DNA of 16,970 nucleotides from an uncultured Spirochaetota bacterium (GTDB lineage: Bacteria > Spirochaetota > Spirochaetia > SZUA-6 > CAVTHK01), in contig CAVTHK010000014.1 of NCBI GenBank assembly GCA_963734495.1, forward strand, positions 1-16,970, in the 5' to 3' direction. The notes under the pieces were generated by a model. That model saw only the letters and a program-made list of their open reading frames with translations, searched no databases and had not been told where the DNA came from. The position numbers and the translations under genes are program-made. This document shows, piece by piece, positions 9,319 to 16,970 of this stretch; the stretch's first letter is position 1, and each line of letters begins with the position of its first letter.

Positions 9319-10923
9319 ATGGGCAAAAAGGAGTTACGCATCTTCCTGCTGGTGCGGGCCGATGGCCGGGCGTCCGTCCAGTCGCTCGCATCCCTCATCA
9401 CGGCTCTCCCCTCTTCTCCAGCGCATTGGGCGATTCCATCGAGCCCTCTGGCCGGGCCCGATGCCGGCGCGTGGGCGGCATTCATCGGCGAGTTGCCGTC
9501 GCGGCGCCCGCTCGACGTCGTCGTTTCCGTCGGCTACGCCGGCGCCCCGCACCCGATGCTGCAGATCGAGGAGCTCCGCCGCGAGGTCGAGTGGGGCCAG
9601 CGGCCCCCCGGCGACGCGGCGAAGGCCTACCGCGCGCTGCCTGGCGTTCTCGCCCCCGCCGCGGCGGATCTCCTGCGCCCCGAGGCGCTCAGGCTCTACG
9701 CCACCAAGGGCCTGCGGCGCATCGTGGTGCCGGCCGAAGGCTGCTGGTCGCCGGCCAGCGAGACGGGGATAGAAGGCGCCCGCCTTCAGGTGCTGTACCA
9801 CCACTCGGTCGGTGAGCTGGCGGCCGAGCGCCCCGGCCGGCTCGTCGAACGCGTGGGCGACGGCGTGCTCGGCATCGCCGTCGACCCCGCGGGCGGGCGC
9901 GCGCTGCGCACGGTCCTGGACAGGCTCGCCTCGCGCGCGGAGCTCAAGTTCCTGCGGCTCGACGAGCCGGTGACTGTCGCGCAGCCCGGGCCGCTCGCGC
10001 CGTCGCCGGGGAGCGACCCGGCGCTGCGCGATCGGGCCTCGAGCCTGAGCGCCTTCCGCACGCACCGGCAGGCCATCGAAGAGACGGCGAGCGTGCTGCA
10101 GGTGCTCGCGGGTTTCCGCTCGGTCGCGGGCCCCGCCCGCTCCGTCGGCGTCTTTCCCGCGGCACGGCGGGAGAACACAGCCGTCATGATGGGGGCCGTT
10201 TCGCTGTCGGACGGCGCCCTCGGCGCGCATTTCGATGCCGGCCGGCTGACGGGCCTCGCCTGGAACGGCCGCCTCGTGACCCCTCTCGTCGCCGCCCGGT
10301 CGAACGCGGGGCCCCTGCGCAAGCCGCGTCCGTACGAAGTCATCAACGCCTTCGCCCTCGAGGCCGACAAGGTGCGGGGCCTGCGCAGCCTCCACCGGCT
10401 CGCCGGCGAAACCGCGGCGCTCAGCCTGGAGTACTTCTTCGTCGAGGACTTCCCTTTTCTGCTCGTCACCGGCAGGGTGCGCCATCCCCGCAGGCGCGGC
10501 CTCGAGCGCGTGTGTCCGCTCGAGATCGCCGTTGCCCGGGTCCCCCAGGGAGACGGCGTCGTGGTTCACGTCCTCTCGCGCGGCGAGGCGCCCTACGAAG
10601 TGCGCATCGCCGACGGAGACCCGCCGCTTTGCCTCTCGGGGAGCCTCCTGTGGTTCGAGGGGAGCGAGGGGGGCCTGCTCGCGGGTTTCCCCCCGGTCAA
10701 GGAGCCGGCCCTCGAAAGCGTGTGGCTTCGCACCGAGCGGATCGAGGCTGAGAACGTTCTGTTTGCGTCGTTCTTCTCGAGCCACGATCGCTCGGGGGCG
10801 TTCCTCGGACGGGAGGAGCTGTTCTCGCTCTACCTCGCCGTTGCGTTCGAGGCGCCGCCTGCGCTGCCGGTCTTTCCGCGAGCCGCGCTGGACGAGATCC
10901 CCTACCACGCCCTCGGGGAATAA
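9319..10923 (+). CDS. Hypothetical protein (534 aa), possibly a distant GH57/GH38-like fold
   Basis: Fills the 1.6-kb gap between groEL and rel, with GC3-rich codons and normal globular composition. The track's GTG 9280 lies inside the promoter, so ATG 9319 is preferred (no clear SD). The fold call rests on visual motif resemblance only. Confidence 0.8.
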   Translation: MGKKELRIFLLVRADGRASVQSLASLITALPSSPAHWAIPSSPLAGPDAGAWAAFIGELPSRRPLDVVVSVGYAGAPHPMLQIEELRREVEWGQRPPGDAAKAYRALPGVLAPAAADLLRPEALRLYATKGLRRIVVPAEGCWSPASETGIEGARLQVLYHHSVGELAAERPGRLVERVGDGVLGIAVDPAGGRALRTVLDRLASRAELKFLRLDEPVTVAQPGPLAPSPGSDPALRDRASSLSAFRTHRQAIEETASVLQVLAGFRSVAGPARSVGVFPAARRENTAVMMGAVSLSDGALGAHFDAGRLTGLAWNGRLVTPLVAARSNAGPLRKPRPYEVINAFALEADKVRGLRSLHRLAGETAALSLEYFFVEDFPFLLVTGRVRHPRRRGLERVCPLEIAVARVPQGDGVVVHVLSRGEAPYEVRIADGDPPLCLSGSLLWFEGSEGGLLAGFPPVKEPALESVWLRTERIEAENVLFASFFSSHDRSGAFLGREELFSLYLAVAFEAPPALPVFPRAALDEIPYHALGE

Positions 10924-10951
10924 CGGCCCGACGAAGCGGCCCGGACGCGGC

Positions 10952-12928
10952 TCACTCCGTCGACAACGGCTGAATGTTGACCATCGACGGGATGGTGCGC
11001 AGGCTCTTGAGCACCTTCCGATACTGCTCCTGGTCCTCGATCTCTATGGTGAAGTACCCCGTCAAGGTGCCCCGGTCGTTGCGGGTGAGCTTTCCCGAGA
11101 TCAGGTGCCCATGGAACTTGCGGATGGCGCCCTCGATCTCCGAGAAGACGTTGGGCGCCTCGCGGGTGGTCACCCGGAAGCGGCGGGTCGCCAGACGCGA
11201 CGTCGTCTCCCAGTCGACCTCGATGCTGCGCGCGTCGAAGTCCTTGATGAAGGCGATGTTGCGGCAGCCGCGCCTGTGCACGATGATCCCCCGCCCCCGC
11301 GACACGTAGCCGATGATGGCGTCGCCGGGCGCCGGGGCGCAGCAGCCCGCCATGCTGATCAGGATGTTGCGCTCCTCGCCGATGCGTATGCCGACCCGCG
11401 AGCGGTCGAGCACCTCGAGGCCTCCGGGCACAGCGACCGGGGGCGCCGGCGCGGGGGCGGGAGCCGGTGGCTCCTGCCGCGCGGGCGGCTCCCGTTCGGC
11501 GGTGATCTTGGGGTCGTTCTGGTTGAGCCACTGGCGGATCTTGGAGTGCGCCCTGTGGGTCACGCACTGGGAGAGCCAGGACTCGTGCGGCCTCCCGTTC
11601 GCCGCCGTGATGACCTCGACCATCTGCGTGCTCTTGAGCGGCTTTTTCAGCGGCCAGATCCGGCCGTCGACGCGGGCGCCCTGAACGTGGTGGCCCACCT
11701 CCGTGTGGATGTAGTAGGCGAAGTCGATCGGGGTCGCGCCCACGGGGAGCTCCACCACGTCGCCGCGCGGCGTGAAGACGTAGATCGAGTCCTTGAGCAG
11801 CTCTGCCTTGATCTCTTCGAGAAAGTTCTGCGACGCCGTCGAATCCCAGGCGCGGAGCTTGTTGATGATGCCGAGGTCCTGCGGCCGGGCGCCGCCCTCG
11901 CGCTTGTACAGCCAGTGCGCGGCGACGCCGTACTCCGCGGTCTCGTCCATCTCGTAGGTGCGGATCTGGAACTCCATCAGGCGGCCGTCGGCGCCCATCA
12001 CCACCGTGTGCAGGCTCTGGTAGCGGTTCGCCTTGGGCATCGCGATGTAGTCCTTGAAGCGCCCCGCGATCGGCGGCCAGAGCCTGTGGACGAGCCCGAG
12101 CAGGCTGTAGCATTCGACGGGGGTGGGACAGAGGATGCGGATCCCGAGGAGGTCGTAGATCTCGTCGAGCGGCACGTTGCGCCGCTTCATCTTCTGGTAG
12201 ACCGAGTAGAAGTGCTTGGCCCGCGTTTTGACCTCGACCTCGAGGCCCTCCCGCGCGGCCGCCTCGTAGACCTTGCGGGTGACGCGGTCGAGGGCCTCGT
12301 CCCGCTCGCCCTTGCGCTCGGAGACGAAGCGCTTGATCTGCTCAAAGGCGCGCGGGTTCATGGACTTCAGCGCGAGGTCCTCGAGCTCGTCCTTGATCGA
12401 GAAGATGCCCATCCTCCCCGCGAGGGGCGCGTAGATCTCGAGGCACTCCTCCGCGGTCTCGCGGGCGCGCTGGCTGTCCAGGTATTGGAGCGTGCGCATG
12501 TTGTGGAGCTTGTCCGCGAGCTTGATGAGGATGACGCGGACGTCCTTGACCATGGCGAAGAAGATCTTGCGGATCGTCTCCGCGCTCTGCACGCGCCGGC
12601 CCTGCGGCCCGACGTGGGCGATCTTGGTGACGCCGTCGACGAGCAGCGCCACCTCGTCCCCGAAGGCGGCGCGCACCAGGTCGGCGGTGGCCTTGGTGTC
12701 CTCGAGCACGTCGTGGAGGAGGGCCGCGACGACGGCCGAGGCGTCGAGCCGCAGGTCCACCAGGATCGACGCCACGTGGAACGGGTGGATGATGTAGGGC
12801 TCGCCGCTCACGCGCTTCTGGCCCTCGTGCAGCTCCGCCGCCCACGCGGCGGCCGCCGTGATGCGCGCGCGGTCGGCTGTGCCGTAGGGCTCGAGGAGGG
12901 CGGCGAGATCGACGGGCGCCGGCTTCAC
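10952..12928 (-). CDS. rel: Bifunctional (p)ppGpp synthetase/hydrolase Rel (RelA/SpoT homolog, 658 aa)
   Basis: SGEPYIIHP, intact hydrolase HDVLED, IKLADKLHNMRTL, synthetase RFKDYIAMPKANRYQSLHT and EFQIRT, TGS domain (VFTPRG...TPIDFAY), CC..HRRGC zinc-finger, ACT domain. GTG 12928 overlaps the prmC TGA, with GAGGTG at 12935-12940. Confidence 0.96.
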   Translation of the reverse strand: MKPAPVDLAALLEPYGTADRARITAAAAWAAELHEGQKRVSGEPYIIHPFHVASILVDLRLDASAVVAALLHDVLEDTKATADLVRAAFGDEVALLVDGVTKIAHVGPQGRRVQSAETIRKIFFAMVKDVRVILIKLADKLHNMRTLQYLDSQRARETAEECLEIYAPLAGRMGIFSIKDELEDLALKSMNPRAFEQIKRFVSERKGERDEALDRVTRKVYEAAAREGLEVEVKTRAKHFYSVYQKMKRRNVPLDEIYDLLGIRILCPTPVECYSLLGLVHRLWPPIAGRFKDYIAMPKANRYQSLHTVVMGADGRLMEFQIRTYEMDETAEYGVAAHWLYKREGGARPQDLGIINKLRAWDSTASQNFLEEIKAELLKDSIYVFTPRGDVVELPVGATPIDFAYYIHTEVGHHVQGARVDGRIWPLKKPLKSTQMVEVITAANGRPHESWLSQCVTHRAHSKIRQWLNQNDPKITAEREPPARQEPPAPAPAPAPPVAVPGGLEVLDRSRVGIRIGEERNILISMAGCCAPAPGDAIIGYVSRGRGIIVHRRGCRNIAFIKDFDARSIEVDWETTSRLATRRFRVTTREAPNVFSEIEGAIRKFHGHLISGKLTRNDRGTLTGYFTIEIEDQEQYRKVLKSLRTIPSMVNIQPLSTE

Positions 12929-13758
12929 CCCGGCCACCTCGCGTGGATCACGCGTTCGCGCCCGGCGAGGTCGCGCGAGCGCTCCACTTCCGCGAAGCCG
13001 CGATCGGCCAGGATGCGCGCGAGGTCGGCCATCTGGCCGGGGTCCGCTTCCATCAGCAGCCGGCCGCCGGCACGCAGACGGCCCGGCGCCTGCTCGACGA
13101 GCCTGCGCGCGACGTCGAGGCCGTCGCGCCCGCCGGCGAGGGCGAGCTCGGGCTCCGGCCAGCCTTCGGCTTTTCTCGCGCGCACCTCTTCGTCGCGGAG
13201 GTACGGCGGGTTGGCCGTGATGAGATCGTAAGGGCCGACGGCGCCGGCGAGCACGTCCGATGCGAAGAAGCGCAGCTCGCGTCCGAGGAGGCTCCGGCAG
13301 TTGGCGGCGAACACCTCCCCTGCCGCCGTGGAGAGGTCGGAGGCGCTGACGTCCAGGTCCGGCCGCTCGCGGGCGAGCGCGATGGCCACGCACCCGCTCC
13401 CGGTGCAGGCGTCGTGCGCTCTCGCGCCCCGCGGCGCAAGAGCCACGGCGCGCTCGACCAGCAACTCCGTGTCGGGCCTCGGGACCAGCACTGCGGGGCC
13501 GACCGCGAAGGCGAGACCGTAGAACTCCTTGCGGCCGCGCAGGTAGGAGACGGGCACCCCGTCGGCGCGCCGCACGAGCATCTCCCGGTAGCGGTCCAGC
13601 GCTGCGGGCGCGACGGCCTCGGGAAGCCGTGCGAGCACCTGCTCGCGCGTCGCGCCGAGCGCCTCGGCGAGGAGCAGCGAGGCGTCGAGCTGCGGAGTCT
13701 CGATCCCGCGGTCGGCGAGCCGGAGGTGTCCTTCTCGGAGGGCCTCGCGGACCGTCAT
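12925..13758 (-). CDS. prmC: Release factor glutamine methyltransferase PrmC/HemK (277 aa)
   Basis: [29 protein letters not shown] motif [18 protein letters not shown] overlap with prfA. Confidence 0.97.
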   Translation of the reverse strand: MTVREALREGHLRLADRGIETPQLDASLLLAEALGATREQVLARLPEAVAPAALDRYREMLVRRADGVPVSYLRGRKEFYGLAFAVGPAVLVPRPDTELLVERAVALAPRGARAHDACTGSGCVAIALARERPDLDVSASDLSTAAGEVFAANCRSLLGRELRFFASDVLAGAVGPYDLITANPPYLRDEEVRARKAEGWPEPELALAGGRDGLDVARRLVEQAPGRLRAGGRLLMEADPGQMADLARILADRGFAEVERSRDLAGRERVIHARWPG

Positions 13759-14819
13759 GTCTTGAGCAGCTGCTCCCTCGCGCTGAGCCTGAGCGCCTCG
13801 ATGATCTCGGCCAGATCGCCTTCGATGATGGAGTCGAGGCGGTAGAGGGTCAGGTTGATCCTGTGGTCGGTCACGCGGTTCTGCGGAAAGTTGTACGTGC
13901 GGATGCGCTCCGAGCGGTCGCCGCTGCCGATCTGCGAGCGCCGCTCCTCGGCCCGCTCGGCCTGCTTGCGCCGCTCCTCGGCCTCGTAGAGCCGGGCGCG
14001 CAGCACGCGCAGAGCCTTGTTCTTGTTCTTGAGCTGGCTCTTCTCGTCCTGGCAGATGACCACCACGCCCGAGGGCAGGTGAGTGACGCGCACCGCCGAG
14101 TCCGTCGTGTTCACGCTCTGCCCGCCCGGGCCGCCCGACCGGAAGACGTCGATCTTGAGGTCCTCCTGCCGGATCTCGATGTCGGTCTCCTCGGCCTCGG
14201 GGAGCACGGCCACGGTCACCGCCGACGTGTGGATCCGGCCCGAGGCTTCGGTGGCGGGCACGCGCTGCACGCGGTGGACCCCGCTCTCGTAGCGCATGTC
14301 GGCGTAGACGTCCTTTCCCGCCACGGAAAAGATCACTTCCTTGAATCCGCCGATCTCCGTCTCGCTGGCGTTGATCAGCTCGGTCCGCCAGCCGCGGTTT
14401 TCCGCATAACGCTGATACATGCGGTAGAGGTCGGCGGCGAACAGCGCCGCCTCCTCGCCGCCGGTGCCGGCCCTGATCTCCATGATGATGTTGCGCAGGT
14501 CCAGCGGGTCCCTGGGGATGAGCAGGAGCTTGATCTGGTCCTCGAGCCCCACCCGGGCCGCCTCGAGGCTGCGGGTCTCCTCCCGGGCGAGCTCGCGCAG
14601 GTCGCTCTCCTTTGCCGTCTCGACCATCTCGCGGGCCGCCGCGAGGTCGCGCTCGACGCGCTCCATGCGGACGCCGGCCTCGACCAGATCGCGCAGCCCG
14701 CTCGCCTCCTGCATCAGCTCGCGGTAGCGCTTCTGGTTGCGGGTGATGTCGGGCGCGGCCAGCTCGGCCTGCACGGCCTCGTACCTGTCGGTGGCGTCCT
14801 TGATCTTCTGTTCGAACAT
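13755..14819 (-). CDS. prfA: Peptide chain release factor 1 (354 aa)
   Basis: [13 protein letters not shown]1-type PxT motif (RVPATE), [22 protein letters not shown]. Start ATG 14819 (MFEQKIK) with GAGGT at 14832-14836. Confidence 0.98.
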   Translation of the reverse strand: MFEQKIKDATDRYEAVQAELAAPDITRNQKRYRELMQEASGLRDLVEAGVRMERVERDLAAAREMVETAKESDLRELAREETRSLEAARVGLEDQIKLLLIPRDPLDLRNIIMEIRAGTGGEEAALFAADLYRMYQRYAENRGWRTELINASETEIGGFKEVIFSVAGKDVYADMRYESGVHRVQRVPATEASGRIHTSAVTVAVLPEAEETDIEIRQEDLKIDVFRSGGPGGQSVNTTDSAVRVTHLPSGVVVICQDEKSQLKNKNKALRVLRARLYEAEERRKQAERAEERRSQIGSGDRSERIRTYNFPQNRVTDHRINLTLYRLDSIIEGDLAEIIEALRLSAREQLLKT

Positions 14820-14847
14820 GTTCGCGTCGTTACCTCGGGCGTGCGAA

Positions 14848-14856
14848 AGCATAGCA
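14848..14856 (-). promoter_or_regulatory. Putative extended -10 promoter for prfA-prmC-rel
   Basis: TG-C-TATGCT on the minus strand about 30 nt upstream of prfA. The -35 match is weak (TGGTCA at 18 bp). Confidence 0.45.
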
Positions 14857-14905
14857 GAAAGCGGCGGGGGCTGACCAGCGCGGCCTCCCGCGCGCGGTCC
14901 GGCGA

Positions 14906-15499
14906 CTACGTCACTCGCTGTCCCTCGATCCGCTGGGCGGGCTCGCCCGCGTGGAGCAGGAACCCGAAGAAGGCGCCGCAGATGCCGCCGAGGATGTGCG
15001 CGAACTCCGAGATGTTGTCCGTCTGGAAGGCGGCGAACACCTCCTTGACCATGAACAGCAGGATCACGAGCACGAACGTGAGCGGGATCTCGCCCGCCCG
15101 GATGTTCGTGATCGAGGTGAGCAGGATCAGCATGAAGGCGATGCCGCTCGCGCCGTAGAGGCCCGTGTCGAGAAGCAGCACGTTCAGGAGCCCGGTCACG
15201 AGGGCCGTGGTGAACATCATGAGGAGAAGAGCCCCCGAGCCGTATTTCTCCTCGGCCATCGGTCCGATCAGGAGGATCAGGGTGAAGTTCCCCAGCAGGT
15301 GGGTCCAGCTCGCGTGCCCGAGGACGTGCGTGACCAGCCGCAGGCCGCCGAGCGAGAGCAACCGGAACCCCTCGTTCCGCCCGGGGACGCGGAAGAAGGC
15401 GTCTACGAACGCGGGCCCCAGGAGGCTCGCGATGGCCATCACCGCGCCGGCCGCCAGGGCGAACGTGAGGATCACCGGAGAATTGTACTTGAGCTTCAT
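14906..15499 (-). CDS. Rhomboid family intramembrane serine protease (197 aa)
   Basis: [10 protein letters not shown], catalytic GASG serine motif, catalytic AHILGG histidine motif, multiple TM segments. AGGAG at 15512-15516. Confidence 0.92.
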   Translation of the reverse strand: MKLKYNSPVILTFALAAGAVMAIASLLGPAFVDAFFRVPGRNEGFRLLSLGGLRLVTHVLGHASWTHLLGNFTLILLIGPMAEEKYGSGALLLMMFTTALVTGLLNVLLLDTGLYGASGIAFMLILLTSITNIRAGEIPLTFVLVILLFMVKEVFAAFQTDNISEFAHILGGICGAFFGFLLHAGEPAQRIEGQRVT

Positions 15500-15559
15500 A
15501 CGGTGCGAGATCTCCTGCCTCGAATGTAACGCCGCGCGGGCCGGGGGTGCGAGAGGCCG

Positions 15560-16900
15560 CTACTCACCGATCAGGGCCTGCAGCTCGGCGCAGCGCGCCT
15601 CTGCGACGGCCGCGCTGCGGGCCTCCAGGCGCACGCGCAGGATCGGCTCCGTGTTGCTCGGCCGCACGTTGAACCAGTAGTCCGGGTAGCTCACGCTGAT
15701 GCCGTCCAGCCGGTCGCTCACGGCCGCCGCGTGCGCGGCCTCCACCTTCTTCATGGCGGCTTCGCGGTCCTCGACCTCGACGTTGATCTCGGGCGCCTGC
15801 GCGTAGCGCTCCCGCAGCGGCCGCACGAGCTCGGAGAGCGGCCTGCCGGCCGCGGCGAGCAGGTCCAGCACGACGATGAGCGCGTAGGCGGCGGACTCCG
15901 TGATGAAACCGCCTGCCGTGCGGAAGTAGACGTGGCCCGATGTCTCCGCCCCGAAAAGGGCCCGCTCCGCGACCATGGCCCTGTGGATAAAGGTGTAGCC
16001 TACGCGCGATACGATCGGACGTCCGCCGGCCTCCGCGATGCGCTCGGGCAGGACACGCGAGGAGATCAGGTCATAGACGATCGCGCCCCCGGGCTCGGCC
16101 GCGAGCAGCCGCTCCGCGATGAGCGCCGAGACGAAATAGCCCTCGATCGCCCGGCCGGTCTCGTCGACAAAGATGATCCGGTCGCCGTCGCCGTCGACGA
16201 CGGCCCCGACGTCGGCGCCCATGTCACGCACCTCGCCGGCGATCTGCTCGCGGCTTGCCGCCTCGAGCGGATTGGGGCTGTGGTTCGGGAAGAACCCGTC
16301 GGGCGTGCCGTTGATGACGCCGGCGTGCAGGCCGAGCCTGTGGGCCACGGCGCGGAACACCGCCCCCGCGGACCCGTTGGAGGCGTCGATGACGACCTTG
16401 AGGCGGGCGAAGCCCGATCGCGCGGCGGCGGCCGACGCCAGGAACTCGATGTAGGCCGAGGCGTCCTTCGACTGCTCGAGCCGGCCCCTGGCCGCGGCGC
16501 CGGACTCCGGCAGCCGCCCCACGAGCGCCTCCAGCTCGGCGAGCCCGGTGTCGTAGCTCACCGACCCGCCATCGGCCCCGAAGAGCTTGAACCCGTGATA
16601 GCGGGGCGGGTTGTGCGAGGCTGTCACCATCACCGCGCCGGGATACCCGCCCGCGATCTGCGCGTAGTGCAGGTGCGGGGTGCTCGTCAGCCCGAGCGTC
16701 ATGACGTCCGTCCCCTCGTACCGCAGCCCGTCGATCAGCCGTTCCGAGAGGTCCGGCGAGTAGGTGCGCGCGTCGTGAGCCACGATGCACGACCTGAGGC
16801 CCGCTTTCCGCGCGAACGCCCGCCCGACGCGATACGCGAGGTCCTTGTCGACCTCCCTGCCGTAGATCCCGCGGATGTCGTACGTCTTGAAGACTCCCAT
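15560..16900 (-). CDS. Phosphomannomutase/phosphoglucomutase (alpha-D-phosphohexomutase, 446 aa)
   Basis: FKTYDIRG, phosphoserine motif TASHNP, metal loop DGDGDR, GAETSGH, RPSNTEP. ATG 16900 preceded by AGGAGG. Confidence 0.95.
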   Translation of the reverse strand: MGVFKTYDIRGIYGREVDKDLAYRVGRAFARKAGLRSCIVAHDARTYSPDLSERLIDGLRYEGTDVMTLGLTSTPHLHYAQIAGGYPGAVMVTASHNPPRYHGFKLFGADGGSVSYDTGLAELEALVGRLPESGAAARGRLEQSKDASAYIEFLASAAAARSGFARLKVVIDASNGSAGAVFRAVAHRLGLHAGVINGTPDGFFPNHSPNPLEAASREQIAGEVRDMGADVGAVVDGDGDRIIFVDETGRAIEGYFVSALIAERLLAAEPGGAIVYDLISSRVLPERIAEAGGRPIVSRVGYTFIHRAMVAERALFGAETSGHVYFRTAGGFITESAAYALIVVLDLLAAAGRPLSELVRPLRERYAQAPEINVEVEDREAAMKKVEAAHAAAVSDRLDGISVSYPDYWFNVRPSNTEPILRVRLEARSAAVAEARCAELQALIGE

Positions 16901-16970
16901 GCCCCCTCCTCGCAGCCCTTTTAGCCGTTGCCGTCGAGCCCGGCCACCCCACTCAGGAGTGGGCAAGCAG

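Noticed and set aside
12929..13393. 155-aa N-terminal extension of Rel in the ORF track (likewise the extensions of SecD, PrfA and the phosphomutase)
   Set aside because: The extensions overlap neighbouring genes or promoters, or are low-complexity. Better starts with SD sequences or stop/start overlaps exist downstream.
14892..14901. GCGCGGTCCG after the rhomboid stop, resembling the yajC/secF post-stop motif in reverse orientation
   Set aside because: It is only a 10-bp GC-rich match in the opposite orientation and could be chance.
15523..15528. TACATT as a -10 box for the rhomboid gene
   Set aside because: There is no TG extension and no credible -35 box.
16948..16970. CCCACT-CAGG-AGTGGG inverted repeat and possible 3' end of an upstream gene
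   Set aside because: It is at the window edge with too little context. Two frames could supply the stop, and there is no U-tract.

Overview
Very GC-rich bacterial chromosomal segment made up mostly of housekeeping genes, almost all on the minus strand. Gene order and protein features point to a Spirochaetota member (inference). In the direction of transcription (right to left): phosphomannomutase/phosphoglucomutase, rhomboid protease, a translationally coupled prfA-prmC-rel block, then groEL (no adjacent groES, no CIRCE), a 104-aa hypothetical, yajC-secD-secF, transketolase, and a murG that runs off the left edge and is missing from the ORF track. The only credible plus-strand gene is a 534-aa orphan divergent from groEL that may be a degenerate GH57/GH38-like carbohydrate-active protein. 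No mobile element, CRISPR array, rRNA or tRNA was found. The novel-looking signals are mostly non-coding: a 21-bp tandem array of GCGAAGC mini-hairpins touching the yajC -35 box, a 10-bp-phased repeat array just upstream of the orphan gene's -35 box, a near-identical motif right after the TAG stops of yajC and secF, a possible SD-occluding structure in the groEL leader, and five promoters that all have an extended -10. I cannot establish a complete new system from sequence alone; these are testable leads.
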